From NCBI GenBank assembly GCA_977030845.1, contig OZ365114.1, positions 19,034,001 to 19,098,000 of the forward strand: a DNA stretch of 64,000 nt, read 5' to 3'. Shown piece after piece: positions 63,823 through 64,000 of this stretch. The stretch's first letter is position 1. Each line of letters starts with the position of its first letter. The position numbers and the translations under genes are program-made. The notes beneath the pieces are model-generated. The model was not told the origin of the DNA. It ran no database searches and was given only the letters and a program-made list of their open reading frames with translations. The stretch comes from Fimbriosthenelais zetlandica. Its lineage: Eukaryota.

Positions 63823-64000
63823 CTGAAGTGAAAATGTGGATACAATAAATACAACTAAGTGATAAAGCAGAACAAAACACTGTAAAGAAACAGGAATACA
63901 ATGATAGACATGGCAAAAAAATGTGTATCTGTAGTGTAGACTGCCATTACATGTAGGCCTAGTAATAGTATTATATGTATAGTACCTGTTAGCCATCAAT

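Noticed and set aside
1-64000. tRNA, rRNA or snoRNA genes
   Set aside because: None could be supported by eye; isolated C/D-like words were not convincing without a covariance-model search.

Overview
AT-rich, intron-rich animal (probably invertebrate) genomic DNA, annotated by eye; exon chains were checked for splice sites and reading frame. Genes: (1) two tandem + strand LDL-receptor-related paralogs (LRP-A 18049-25804; LRP-B 38520-45280, with a candidate signal-peptide exon at 29617-29698). Each has 3 YWTD propellers, 2 EGF modules and a TM segment, but no visible LDLa repeats. (2) FRMD8/iTAP/Bili on the - strand (46625-49546), with an E/R/Y hexapeptide repeat at its N-terminus. (3) Single-exon TMEM60 (+), head-to-head with FRMD8. 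(4) Epsilon-tubulin TUBE1 on the - strand (5' end outside the window), whose 7.2-kb intron hosts two antisense RING-NHL genes with intronless CDS. Regions 0.4-17.5 kb and 26.7-37 kb hold heavily decayed LINE-like relics, all apparently on the - strand (low-confidence motif matches). Top leads: both RING-NHL proteins end in CaaX boxes (ICSVM / ICSTM), suggesting prenylated E3 ligases; TMEM60's UGA-C stop is followed by 70 more in-frame sense codons ending in an acidic, LIR-like tail (stop-codon readthrough candidate); and a 4 x 55-bp repeat of CCAAT plus paired inverted E2F sites forms a CpG-rich promoter ahead of LRP-B.
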